This document shows positions 49,430-61,494 of a stretch of 64,000 nucleotides of DNA, piece by piece. Source of the stretch: Mobula hypostoma (lineage: Eukaryota); assembly GCF_963921235.1 (NCBI RefSeq), contig NC_086100.1, forward strand, positions 199,146,001 to 199,210,000, given 5' to 3'. Below the pieces are notes generated by a model. It was not told the origin of the DNA and searched no databases. It saw only the letters and a list, made by a program, of their open reading frames with translations. The stretch's first letter is position 1. Each line of letters opens with the position of its first letter. The translations under genes and the position numbers were made by a program.

Positions 49430-52400
49430 TGGGGAAACCCGAGGGGAGCAATATTTTCACAGGCAAGTTTGTTAGAGCTGTTGGCAAGGTTAAAACCAGT
49501 TTGGCAGGGGAGTGGGAACTGGAACCGGAGTAAAGGGACTCAGGATAGGACAGATGCTAAAAAAGTAAAGATAGCGTGCAGTCGGACTGTCGGGAAGGGC
49601 AGGTAGGTGATGGGGCATAGTCACAGCAAATAGGGCGAGTATCAGTGCATTAAGGACACAGAATCAAAAAAGATAGCAAATACAGTACTCAAGGTGTTGT
49701 ATCTCAATAAGGTAGATGATCTTGTTGCACCTTTACAGACTGCCAGGTAGGATGTTGTCGGCCATCACTGAATCATGGCTGAAGGATGGTTATAGTTGGG
49801 AGCTGAATGTCCAAGGTTACACGTTATATCACAGGGATAGGAAGGTAGGCAGAGGGGGTGGTGTGACTCTGCTGGTAAAGAATGGCATCAAATTAGTAGA
49901 AAGATGCGACATAGGATTGGAAGATGTTGAATCCTGTGGGTTGAGTTAAGAAACTGCAAGGGTAAAAGGACCCTGATGGTAGTTATACACAGCCTCCCAA
50001 CAGTGGCTGGGAGGTGGACCACAGATTACAACAAGAAGTAAAAAAGGGTGTGTCAAAAGGGCAATGTTATGATAGTCATGGGAGATTTTAACATAGTAAC
50101 ATAGAAAACCTACAGCACAATACAGGCCCTTCAGCCCACAAAGTTGTGCCAAACATGTCCCTACCGTGGAAATTACTAGGCTTACCTATAGCCCTCTATT
50201 TTTCTAAGCTCCATGTACCTATCCAAAAGTCTCTTAAAAGACCCTATCGTGTCCGCCTCCACCACCGTTGCCAGCAGCCCTTTCCATGCACTCACCACTC
50301 TCTGCGTAAAAAAATTATCCCTGACATCTCCTCTGTACCTACTCCCCAGCACCCTAAACCTGTGTCCTCTTGTGGCAACCATTTCAGCCCAGGGAAAAAG
50401 CCTCTGACTATCCACCCGATCAATGCCTCTCATCATCTTATACACCTCTATCAGATCACCTCTCATCCTCCATCGCTCCAAGGAAAAATGGCCAAGTTCA
50501 TTCAACCTATTCTCATAAGGCATGCTCCCCAATCCAGGCAACATCCTTGTAAATCTCCTCTGCACCCTTTCTATGGCTTCCACATCCTTCCTGTAGTGAG
50601 GCAACCAGAACTGAGCACAGTACTCCAAGTGGGGTCTGACCAGGGTCCTATATAGCTGCAACATTACCAATCGGCTCCTAAATTCAATTCCACGATTGAT
50701 GAAGGCCAATACACTGTATGCCTTCTTAACCATAGAGTCAACCTGTGCAGCTGCTTTGAGCGTCCTATGGAGCTGGAACCCAAAATCACTCTGATCCTCC
50801 ACACTGCCAAGAGTCTTACCATTAATACTATATTCTGCCATCATATTTGACCTACCAATCTGGGTTGAACTCCATCTGCCAATTCTCTGCCCAGTTTTGC
50901 ATCCTATCAATGTCCCACTGTAACCTCTGACAGTCCCCCACACTATCCACAACACCTCCAACCTTTGTGTCATCAGCAAACTTACTAACCCCTTCCTCCA
51001 CTTCCTCATCCAAGTCATTTATAAAAATCACAAAGAGTAGGGGTCCCAGAACAGATCCCTGAGGCACACCACTGGTGACTGTCCTCCATGCAAAATATGA
51101 CCTGTTTACAACCACTCTTTGCCTTCTGTGGGCAAGCCAGTTCTGGATCCACAAAGCAATGTCCCCTTGGATCCCATGCCTCCTTGTCAAGGGGTACAGC
51201 CACAGGGGTACTCTCTAGGACCTGACTCTTCCCCTTCCCCCTCCTGACTGTGACCCACTTGTCTGTCTCCCATGGCACCGGTGTGACCACCTGCCCATAA
51301 CTCCTTTCTATCACCTCCTCGCTCTCCCTGACCAGACGAAGGTCATTGAGCTGCATCTCCAGTTCCCTAACTCGGTCCCTCAGGAGCTGCAGCTTGACAC
51401 ACCAGGTGCAGATATGGCTGTCTGGGAGGCTGGGAGACTCCAGTACCTCCCACATCTGACACCGAGCACAGAAAACTGGCCTCACACACATACTTCCTCC
51501 TTTCCACAAATAACACAGGTAAAACTACCTTGCCTCGTCCCGTTACCACCTAAGCCTGTTGAGCCAAAGCCCTATCACTCTGCTGCCTCTCACTCCGCTG
51601 CTCACTCCAACCCACTGGATATGGTGGTCTTCTTTTTAAACCTTTCGTGCTCTACTGGCTGACGCCATGCGCCTGCGCAGTCTTGCCTCTCTTTTACCCC
51701 AAGTAGTAAAAACTGCCTTGGCTCCGAAAATCAGCCATTCACTGGCTGCCTTCTTGTTCTGAATCAAAAACCATTGAAGATTCCTTGCCTTTTAAAACCC
51801 TTTGCGTTCTACTGGCTGACATGTAGATTGATTGGGAAAATCAGGTTGGTGATGAATCACAAGAGAGTGAATTTGTTGAATGCCCAAGAGATGGCTTTTT
51901 AGAGCAGTTTATCGTTCAGCCTACTAGGGGATCAGCCAGAGGTGATTAGGGAGCTTAAGGTAAAAGAACCCCTAGGAACCAGTGATCACAATATGATTGT
52001 GTTCAACTTGAAATATGATAGGGAGAAAGTAAAGTCTGATGTAGCAGTATTTCAGTGGAGTAGGGGAAATTACAGTGGTATGAAAGAGGGCTTGGCCAAA
52101 ATAAACTGGAAGGAGCTGCTGGCAGGGATGTCAGCAGAGAAGCAATGACGTGCGTTTCTGGGAAAAATGAGGAAGGTGCAAGACATGTGTATTCCAAAAA
52201 TGAAGAAATACTCAAATGGCAAATTAGTACAACCGTGACTGACAAGGAAAGTCAAAACTAATGTGAAAGCGAAAGAGCAAAAACTAGTGGGAAGATAGGG
52301 GATTGAGAAGTTTTTAAAAAACAATAGACAGCAATGAAAAGAATCATTAGAAGGGAAAAGATGAAATGTGGAAGCAAGCTGGCAAATGATATCAGTGTTT

Positions 52401-53612
52401 TCAAGTAAAAGCATTTTCAAATATGTATGATGGCAGATGAACTAAATGAGTATTTTGCATCAGTCTTCCCTGTGGAAGATACAAGCAATGTGCCAGATGT
52501 TGTAGTGTGTGAAGGAAGAGAAGTGAGTGCAGTTATTATTACAAGGGAGAAGGTGCTCAAAAAGCAGAAAGACCTAAGGGTACATAAGGCACCCAGACCA
52601 GATGAACTGCACCCTAGGGTTTTGAAAGAGGCAGTGTTAGAGATTGTGGAGCATTAGCAATGATCTTTCAAAAATCATTAGACTCTGACATGGTGCCAGA
52701 GGACTGGAAAATTGCCAATGTCACTCCACTCTAAGAAAGGAGGAAGGCAGCAGAAAGGAAATTATAGACCAGTTAGCCTGACCTCAGTGGCTGGTAAGAT
52801 GTTAGAATCAATTATAAGGATGAGGTGATGGAGTACTTGGTGACACAGGACAAGGTAGGACAAAGTCAGCATAGTTTCCTTAAGGGAAAATCCTGCCTGA
52901 CGAATCTGTTGGATTTCCCTGAGTAGATTACAAGTAGAATAAATAAGGGGGATGCAGTGGATGTTGTATATTTGGACTTTCAGAAGGCCTTCGACAAGGT
53001 GCCACACATGAGGCTGCTTACCAAGTTAAGAGCCCGTGGTACTACAGGAAAGTTACTAACGTGGTTAGAGCATTGGCTGATTGGTAGGAGGCAGTGAGTG
53101 GGAATAAAAGGATCCTTGTCCAGAGGAGGTTCTCAAGGATGATTCCGGAAATGCAAAGGTTATCATACAAGGAATATTTGATGCTGTGGGTCTGTATCTG
53201 CTAAAATTCAGAAGAATGAGGAGGGAATCTCATTGAAACCTTTTGAATGTTTAAAGGCCTAAACAGTGTAGATGTGGAAAGGATGTTTCCCATGGTGGGA
53301 GAGTCTAGGACAAGAGAGCACAGCCTCAGGATAGAGAGGTGCCCTTTCGAAACAGAGATGTGGAGAGATTTCTTTAGCTAAAGGGTGGTGAATTTATGGA
53401 ATTTGTTGCCACATGCGGCTGTGGAGGCCAGGTCGTTGGGTGTATTTAAGGCAGAGACTGATAGGTTTTTGACTGGACATAGTATTAAAAGTTACGGGGA
53501 GAAGGCAGGGAAATGGGGTTGAGGAGAAAAAAAAAGGATCAGCCATGATTGAATGGCGGAGCAGACTCGATGGGCGAAATGGCTTAATTCTGCTCCTATG
53601 CCTTATGGTCTT
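49430..53612 (+). mobile_element. Old degenerate CR1 split by an inverted CR1
   Basis: EN to RT to 3' UTR remnants rejoin at GGAGATTTTAACAT / GTAGATTGATTGGG. Confidence 0.85.
50095..51818 (-). mobile_element. CR1 retaining 5' UTR, ORF1 N-terminus and RT 3' end, middle deleted
   Basis: ORF1 Cys/coiled-coil region CARCQMW...HICTWCVKLQLLRDRVRELEMQL fused to RT at ~51185; TSD ACAT (50091-50094, 51819-51822). Confidence 0.85.
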
Positions 53613-54384
53613 CGAACTGTATGCTGTGTTCTAAATAAAAAATATAAACCTTGCCACAGAACTTTGAGCTTCACTACCCATCCCTGCCCAATCACAGCAT
53701 TCCTGCATGCACCAGCAGTCATTTCCACGTGCTACCGACGTCTGGGACTCTGAGCCCCGGGCTCCCACACCTCATTAAACTCGAAACAAAGTGTTCCCGA
53801 AGTGCAGCCCCCCCTTTCATCTCTCTTGCCACCCCATGAATACAGCGAGCCCACAAATCCTGAATCTGAGCCACTTGCTCGCGTCATCAGGACCCCAGTC
53901 CCGGGGGGCTGGCCACTTACTGTGTGTAGACGTCTAATGACTTGCTATAGGTTCAGAAGTGACTGAACATTTGTAAAAGAGAAGTGAAGGAAGAAGCTGC
54001 CCTTTCACACTTCCATAAGACATAGCGGCAGAATTAAGCCATTTAGCCCATCGAGTCAGTGCTGGGCCATCACTAGTAAGGGATCAGGAAAGGAGGTAGA
54101 GGGGACATATGGAGACAGGGAGGGCAAAGGAAGGGGAGGGATTGTACAGGTGCAAGCGGGGGTGGAGGGGGGAAAGAGAGAGATCAGTAGGAGGAGGAAG
54201 GATGATTTAGGTAGGGAGAGAAGAAATGATTAAAAAGAGGGCAGGAGGGAGTGGCATGGAGCCAGGGAGAAACGTGCAGGTCGATAGGATTAGGCACAGA
54301 GCAGATGGGCCGAAGCACCCATTTCTGTGCTGCAATGCTCTATGATTAAGGCGAGGGGTGTGAGGAGAGAGAAAGGGAATTTAC

Positions 54385-54447
54385 CGCTTCTCTCTTTGGA
54401 TTTCTGCTGCTGGTCCTGCGGTCCTTACTGTTTCTGTCTGAGGAGGT
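54385..54447 (-). CDS. ZNF638: ZNF638-like small exon (63 nt, phase 0-0)
   Basis: cttcttctatctttcag / gtaaat; TSSDRNSKDRRTSSRNPKREA continues the R/S/D-rich region. Confidence 0.72.
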
Positions 54448-54817
54448 CTGAAAGATAGAAGAAGTTGGATCATTATTTCCCACAGGCACTTGAGACAGCG
54501 AGGCAACACTTTATTCCAAAGCTTTGCGAAGACATTCGGTGAACTAGAGGTACCATTCACCTGAACAGTATTATGACTGAATAGGGAGGTGAGGAGAAGA
54601 AGGTGCCAGTGGTAATCAAGGCAGTCACAGCCAGGACAAGGCATATAACACAGAACATGGTGGCTGACAGACCTGTACTGTGCTGTAGTTAGTGTTCCAT
54701 GTTCAAAGACTGTAGGCAGATACGGAGGAGGACGTGGAGGGCTGACCAGAGCTGCTCAGGTATTCTGACTTGATTTACACTTGTACACAGAGGCTGATCC
54801 AATTACCCCACACATCT

Positions 54818-55470
54818 TAGACCACAAGATGTTGGAGCAGAATCAAGCCATTTGGTCCATCGAGTCTGTTGCACCAATCATGGCTGATTTATTGTCCCTC
54901 TCAACCCCATTCTTCTGTCTTGTCCCTATAACTCTGGCATCCTGACTAATCAAGAACCTATCAACTTCCACTTTAAATGAATCCAATGACACAGTCGTCT
55001 GAGGCAACAAATTCTACAGAGTCACCAGCCTTTGGCTACAGAAATGTCTCCTCATCTGTCTTCTAAAGGGATGTCCCAGACTCCCTCACTATAGGAAACA
55101 TCCTCTGTACATCCACAAGATCACCCCTCATTCTTCTAAACTTCAGAGAGTACAGGCTCAGAGCCAAACTCTCCTCATATGTTAACCCTTTCATTTCTAC
55201 AACCAATCTCTTGAACCTCCTCTGAACTCTCTCCAGTGCGAGCACAACTTTTCTTGCATCAGGGCCCCAAAACTGCTCACAATACTCTAGCATCGCATCC
55301 TTGTTTTTATATTCTAGTCATCTCCAAAAGAATGCTAACATTGAATTTGTATTCCTTAACAGTGACTCAACCTGCAAGTTAACCTTTAGGGAGTCCTGCA
55401 TAAGGGCTCCCAAGCCCTTTTGCACCTCTGATTTTTGAATTTTATCTCCATTTACAAACACTGAAGTGCA
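54818..55470 (-). mobile_element. CR1 3' fragment
   Basis: LEYCEQFW...LERVQRRF...RRMRGDL remnant. Confidence 0.75.
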
Positions 55471-56458
55471 GCATGACCATATACATCCCAGCACTGTATT
55501 CCATCTGGCACGACCCCCAATCTAAGTCTTTCTGCGGAATCCCTCTTTCACAAGCTTGCCCACATACATTGCTCCACCTTCCTGACCAGCACCCCAGCAC
55601 AGTACAGCCACAACCCTTATCTCACCTGCAGCCCCGAAACAACTCCCAGATCCTTATCCCAGCCACTGCTGTTTATGGTGAAAAGCTGAGGCCCAGGGCG
55701 GATCACAGGGAACCATTCACATTTAACATCTCACCGAAGTTTGAATTATTTCAGTTCACCCCCACCCCCCACTTTCATACACAAATTTTACAGCTGAAAA
55801 TCGGGGCTTGCACATAGAACATTACAGCACAGTACAGACCCTTTAGCCCATGATTTTGTGCCAACACTTTAACCCACTCTAAGATAATCAGCCTAACCCT
55901 TCCCTTTCACTCAGCGCTCTATTTTTCTACCATACATGTGTCTATCTAAGAGTCTCTTAGATCTCCCTAATGTATTAGCCTCTACCACCACCCCTGGCAG
56001 GGTGTTTTACACACACACACACACCTCTCTGTGTAAAAAAAAAACTTTCCTGACATCCCCCTGTACAATCAAATCTTAAAATCATTTACCCTTATATCAT
56101 TCATTTCTGCTCTAGGATAAAATCTCTGGCTGTCCACTCGATCTATATCTCGTATCAGTTTGTACACCTTTATCAAATCACCTATCATCTTCCTCCACTC
56201 CAAAGAGAAAAGGTGTTACTGACTCAACCTATCCTCACAAGACACCCTCTCAAATCCTGCCATTCCCCCCTATTTTAGCGTTGATCATTTACAGAAGCTC
56301 TTCTCAGTACTGAGAGGGGAGAATAACCCCAGTCATCAAGCTGAAAGTGTGTAACGGAAGGGTCCAGCAGATAGTGCAACCCAGTTTCAGCAAACTTGTG
56401 TTTCTGCAGAGATGAGGAATGGGATGGAGACAAAACACAAGAGGTAGTTACAGAGTAA

Positions 56459-56785
56459 CCCACACAAAATGCTGCAGGAACTCAAAAGGTCAGGTAGCAT
56501 CAATGGAGAGAAATAAACATTCGATGTTTTGGCCCCAGACTCTTCATCAGGACTGGAAAGGAAGAGGGGAAATGCCAGAATAAGGTGGAGGAAGGGCATG
56601 TTAAAAGGTGACAGATGAAGCCAGGTGGGTGGGATGATGGAGAAGAGGTTGGAAGAGGATAGGTGGAAAAGATAAAGGAGGAATATGATGGAAAAGGACA
56701 GTGGACCACGGATGCTGCCTGACCTGCTGAGTTCCTCCAGCATTCTGTGTGTGTTGCTCTCGATTTCCAGCAGCTGCAGAATCTC
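56459..56785. mobile_element. Penelope pLTR fragment with an inverted copy of its end
   Basis: CACACAAAATGCTGCAGGAACTCA...GCATC at 56461-56501 is mirrored by GATGCTGCCTGACCTGCTGAGTTCCTCCAGCATTCTGTGTG at 56711-56751. Confidence 0.75.
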
Positions 56786-56863
56786 GTATTTATGAGAGGC
56801 AGTTGCAGGACAAGTTACATGCAGAGCCAACAGCCTGGGGCGCAGGGACTGTTGGAGATTTAC

Positions 56864-57920
56864 CTTGCTCCACATGTATGATCTGTAGTCTCTGTCCCTG
56901 TCCCTCGGATATTGGGAACCGTGCCGGCGGCTGGATCGGAATTCCTTCTCCCTCTGATGCGAAGAACTTCTCCTTCCACTGTCCTCCTTGGATGAGCTTC
57001 TGCCCCGTGATGGAGTGCCGGCTTTTCCCGTCTCCCTGGCTGCGTGCTCCCTCCTCGGCGGAGCGTTCCTCTTCTCGCTTGACTTGGTCGCGCTGCTCTC
57101 TTTGCCCGTCGGCTTCACAACCATGGACTTGGGCGGCCTGGCGGTGGTGTTGGAGGAGGGGGTGGTGGTGCTTGGTGAGGGGTTCGTGGTTCTGGGTGGC
57201 GCAGAGGGGGTGAGGGTGGACACGGGTGCAGTGTCTCCCTCAGCAGTAGGTGTCCCTGCAGGGGCCACGGTACCTGAGACGGGACTGGCCTTCTCCACAG
57301 CTGCATCAGAAGGTTCGGGCATGGAGGACGCTGGAGCTGGTTTCAGTGCCACCTCAGTGCCAGCTGCTGTGATTGTGGAGGTGGAAGTGTTACCATCTGG
57401 CCCTGCTGACCCTTCAGTGTCCTGGCCAGTTGTACTAACGGGCTTGGTCTCACAGGACTCTGTGGGCTTGGTTACGCTGCCTGCGGCAGGCGTTGCTGAT
57501 GGCTTCCCCATTGCTTCGGCTGCAACCACAGGTTTGGATGGTGCGTTTCGGTTCACCGGAACAACTTTGCCAGCCTGGCCCGACTCTGTTAAACCAGGCT
57601 CGCTAGCCGGTGTCCCTGAAGCAAACGAAGCTGGAGGCTTGGCGGTGAGTGGGGTGCTGCTGATGGTGCCTGCACTGGCTGCAGGAGGCTCAGCAGCAGT
57701 AGTGGGGACCACATTCTGGGGAGCTGCCCCTGTCGTGGTTGCTGCCACAGTCTCCGTCTCTGGAACAGAGGCCATGGTTACATCTGGTTTGGTGGACTCT
57801 GTCGTGGTTTTGTCACTTGGAGTCCCTTGGGCTTTCTTATCAGCTAGTCCCACATCCATAGACTCTGCTTTCTCAGCTGGTTCAGTTTCCATCGGTTCTG
57901 GTTCCTTGCTGGCATCACCA
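56864..57920 (-). CDS. ZNF638: ZNF638-like large low-complexity exon (1057 nt, phase 2-0)
   Basis: ttttgcag / gtaaat; 352 open codons, A/T/P/S-rich then R/S/D-rich (RDRDRDYRSYMWSK). Confidence 0.85.
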
Positions 57921-57935
57921 CTGCAAAATTAAAGC

Positions 57936-58075
57936 AAGGAGTTTGTACGTTCTCCCTGTGACCGGGTGAGTTTCCTCCCACATAGGTATGGGTTAGTAGG
58001 TTAATTGGGTGGCATGGGCTCAATGGGCCGAAGGGCAGGTGACTGAGCAGAGTCTCTAAATAAAAATTAAATGGG
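57936..58075 (+). mobile_element. V-SINE fragment
   Basis: AAGGAGTTTGTACGTTCTCCCTGTGACC V-domain. Confidence 0.6.
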
Positions 58076-58279
58076 CAGGAGCTGATGGCCTGTTCTGAAG
58101 ACAGTCATTACAACAACAGCTTCTTCCCCTCCACCTTCAGATTTCGGAACGGAGCATGAACACTACCTCACCATCTGACTCTTTTGCACTATTTATTTGT
58201 ATATATTCTTATTGCAATTTATACAATCGTTCAAGCTTTGTAATGTACTGTTGCTACAAAGCAACTAATTTCATGACAT

Positions 58280-61200
58280 TGTGGCGACTCACTTTCTACG
58301 CAGGCGAACTGGCTCACAAAATGGCGCGCATCGGCGGAGAGGCCAGCCCCAAAATGGCACTGGGCCTTCTTCACCAGCAAGGGGAGAAAGCCCCCGCGCG
58401 GGAAAAGACTTTTGTGATTTTGTCATTTTCGCCCGGGGAGGGCGGGAACGGAACTGCGTAAAAGCCAGTGCCGCGAAGTTTGAATAAACTAGTCTTGAGT
58501 GCAACTTACAGACTGCGTGTCGTTATTTCTAGCTGTGTGTGTAGCACATTGCTACATTGGTGACCCCGAGGACTTTCCAGACCTTCTCCCTGGGTGAAAC
58601 CAATTTGCCGGCCCCACACCTGGTCTCCATCACGCTGTCTGACAACGAATTCACCAGAATCCTGGCAGACTTTCCATCAGTTCTGGCACCGCAGTTCACG
58701 GCAGCCATGCCCAGACATGCAGTACAGCACCATATCCTGACCCAGGGACCACCCCTCCACGCCTGTTCACAAAGGCTCCCCCCCGGACAAGCTGTGCCTG
58801 GCGAAGGAGGAGTTCAAGAGGATGGAGGAATTGGGGATCGTACGGTGGTCCAACAGCCCTTGGGCCTCCCCCCTGCACATGGTGCCCAAAGCAGCCACGG
58901 GCTGGAGACCATGCGGCGACTACCGCAGACTGAACGATGCTACAACTCCAGACCGCCCACTACCCCGTGCCGCACGGGGCAAGCATCTTTTCCAAAGTAG
59001 ACCTCGTCCGGGGATACCATCAAATCCCGGTACACCCTGAAGACATCCCGAAAACAGCACTCATCACCCCGTTCGGCCTGAAGGCTGCCGCACAGACGTT
59101 CCAGCGGCTAATGGATGCGGTGGGACGCGACCTGGACTTTGCGTTCATCTATTTGGACGACGTCCTCATAGCCAGCAGTAGTCGTCAAGAGCATCTGTCC
59201 CACCTCCGCCAGCTCTACTCCCGCCTGAGTGATTTCGGCCTCACGATCAACCCGGCCAAATGCCTGTTCGAACTCGACACCATTGACTTCCTGGGCCACA
59301 GGATTACCAAAGACGGGGCAGCACCTCTGCCCGCCAAGGTAGACGTGATCCGCCACTTCGCCTGGCCCAACACAGTCAAAGGCCAGCAGGAGTTCGTTGG
59401 TATGGTGAACTTCTACCACCGCTTCCTCCCCTCAGCAGCCCGTATCATGCGCCCTTTGTTCACCCTGATGTCGGGTAAAGGCAAGCACATTACTTGGGAC
59501 GAAGAGGCCGCGGCCGCTTTCATTAAAGCCAGGGAAGCCTTGGCAGACGCCGCGATGCTGGTGCACCCCAGAACGGGCGTTCCAACCGCCCTCACAGTGG
59601 ATGCATCCAACACAGCAGTCGGTGGGTAGCTGGAGAAACTCACTGAGGGGCGCTGGCAACCCCTGGCGTTCTTCAGCAGGCACCTACGGCCACCCGAACT
59701 CAAGTACAGTGCCTTCGACCGGGAGCTGTTGGCACTATATCTGGCAATCCGGCATTTCAGGTACTTCTCAGAAGGCAGGCTGTTCACCACATTCACAGAC
59801 CACAAACCGTTGACCTTCACGTTTCCAAAGGTGTCCGATCCCGCCAGCAGCGACATCTGTCCTACATCTCCGAGTACACGACAGACATCCAGCATGTCTT
59901 GGGAAAGGACAATGTCATGGCGGACGCACTCTCCAGACCAGCTATCCAGGCCCTGTCCCAGGGGGTGGACCATGCAGCACTGGCGGAGGCGCAGCAGGCA
60001 GAGGACGAAATGCCCAGCTACAGGACCGCAGTCTTGTGGTCTGCAGCTGCAAGACTTCCTCGTAGGCCCAGGTGAGAGGACCCTCCTGTGTGACGTGGCT
60101 AACGGCCAACCTCGCCCCATCGTCCCAGCAGCCTGGTGGCAGCGAGTTTTCAACTCCATACATGGCTTGACACCCATCCAACAGGACAACCGTCCAGATG
60201 GTCTCCAGCAAGTTCGTGTGGCACGGACTTCGCAAACAGGTCAGCGAATGGGCCAAAACGTGCACGCGGTGACAAACAGCCAAGGTGCAGCGGCACACCA
60301 AAGCCCCGCCGCAGTTCGAACCCACCCGCCGAAGGTTTGACCACATCCATGTGGATATCATGGGGCCCCTGCCAATGTCACGAAGAGCGCGGTACCTCCT
60401 AACTATGATAGACTGGTTCACGAGATGGCCAGAGGCGGTCCCGCTCACCGACACCACCGCCGATTCCTGCGCCCGAGTACTGATCGCAACCTGGGTAGCT
60501 CACTTCGGGGTACCGGCCCACATTACCTCCGACAGAGGTGCCCAGTTCACCTCCAGCCTGTGGTCGGCTGTGGACAGCCTGTTGGGAACACAGCTACACC
60601 ACACAACTGCCTACCACCCACAGTCGAACAGACTAGTGGAGCGTTTCTACTGTCACTTGAAGTTGGCTCTCATGGCCCGCCTGGAGGGGCCTAACTGGGT
60701 GGACGAACTTCCCTGGGTCCTGCTTGGAATCCGCACGGCGCCCAAAGAGGATCTGTACACTTCGTCGGCCGTGTTGGTGTACGGCGCACCCCTGGTCATC
60801 CCAGGAGAGTTCATACCAGCCCCAAGGGGGCAAGAGGAAGAACCCACAGCAGTCCTGGACAGACTACATCAAAGGCTCGGTAACCTGGCCCCCATACCCA
60901 CTTCACAGCACGGACAGAGCCCCACCTGCGTACCCAAAGAACTGAAGAACTGTAGTTTGTATTTGTATGAAGGGGTGCACACCGGGCACCGTTACAGCGG
61001 CCGTACAAGAGACCATTCAAGGTGATCAGTAACAACGGGTCTACGTACGTTCTGGACATTGGGGGGAGAGAGGAGGTTTTCATGGTGGACCGACTCAAAC
61101 CGGCCCATGCGCAGAGGCAGACCGCCCAAACAGAGGCCGATCCAGACTGTGGACATTGGGGAATGTATATCGCTGCTTCTGGCGGCGGGGGGATGTGGCG

Positions 61201-61440
61201 ACCCATTCAGGCGAACCGGCTCACAAAATGGTGTCGGCCTTCCTCTTCACCAGCAAGGGGAGAAAGCCCGCACGTTGGAAGAGACTGTTGTAATGCACCT
61301 CTGACGTCATTTCCGCCCGGAGAGGGCAGGAACGGAACTGCGTAAAAGCCAGTGCCGCGAAGTTTGAATAAACTAGTCTCGAGTGCAACTTACAGACTGC
61401 GCGTCATTATTTCTAGCTCTGTGTGTAGCACATCGCTACG
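58280..61440 (+). mobile_element. Gypsy/Ty3 LTR retrotransposon, gag-protease deleted, pol degenerate
   Basis: LTRs 58280-58556 and 61194-61440; TSD ACAT; PBS TGGTGACCCCGA (tRNA-Trp-like); G-rich PPT 61181-61193; RT (SPWASP, YLDD), RNase H (VDAS, FTDHKPL) and integrase (HVDIMGPLP, ITSDRGAQF) in Gypsy order. Confidence 0.93.
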
Positions 61441-61494
61441 ACATAATTAAACCTAATTTGGATTCCTTTGCTGTTCTATCTAATATTTCATTAC

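Noticed and set aside
56387..56863. C-terminal part of the 501-aa ORF
   Set aside because: Read-through past the gtaaat donor into intron and Penelope sequence
56988..57932. 314-aa plus-strand ORF
   Set aside because: Antisense shadow of the GC-rich low-complexity exon; splice sites and phases support the minus strand
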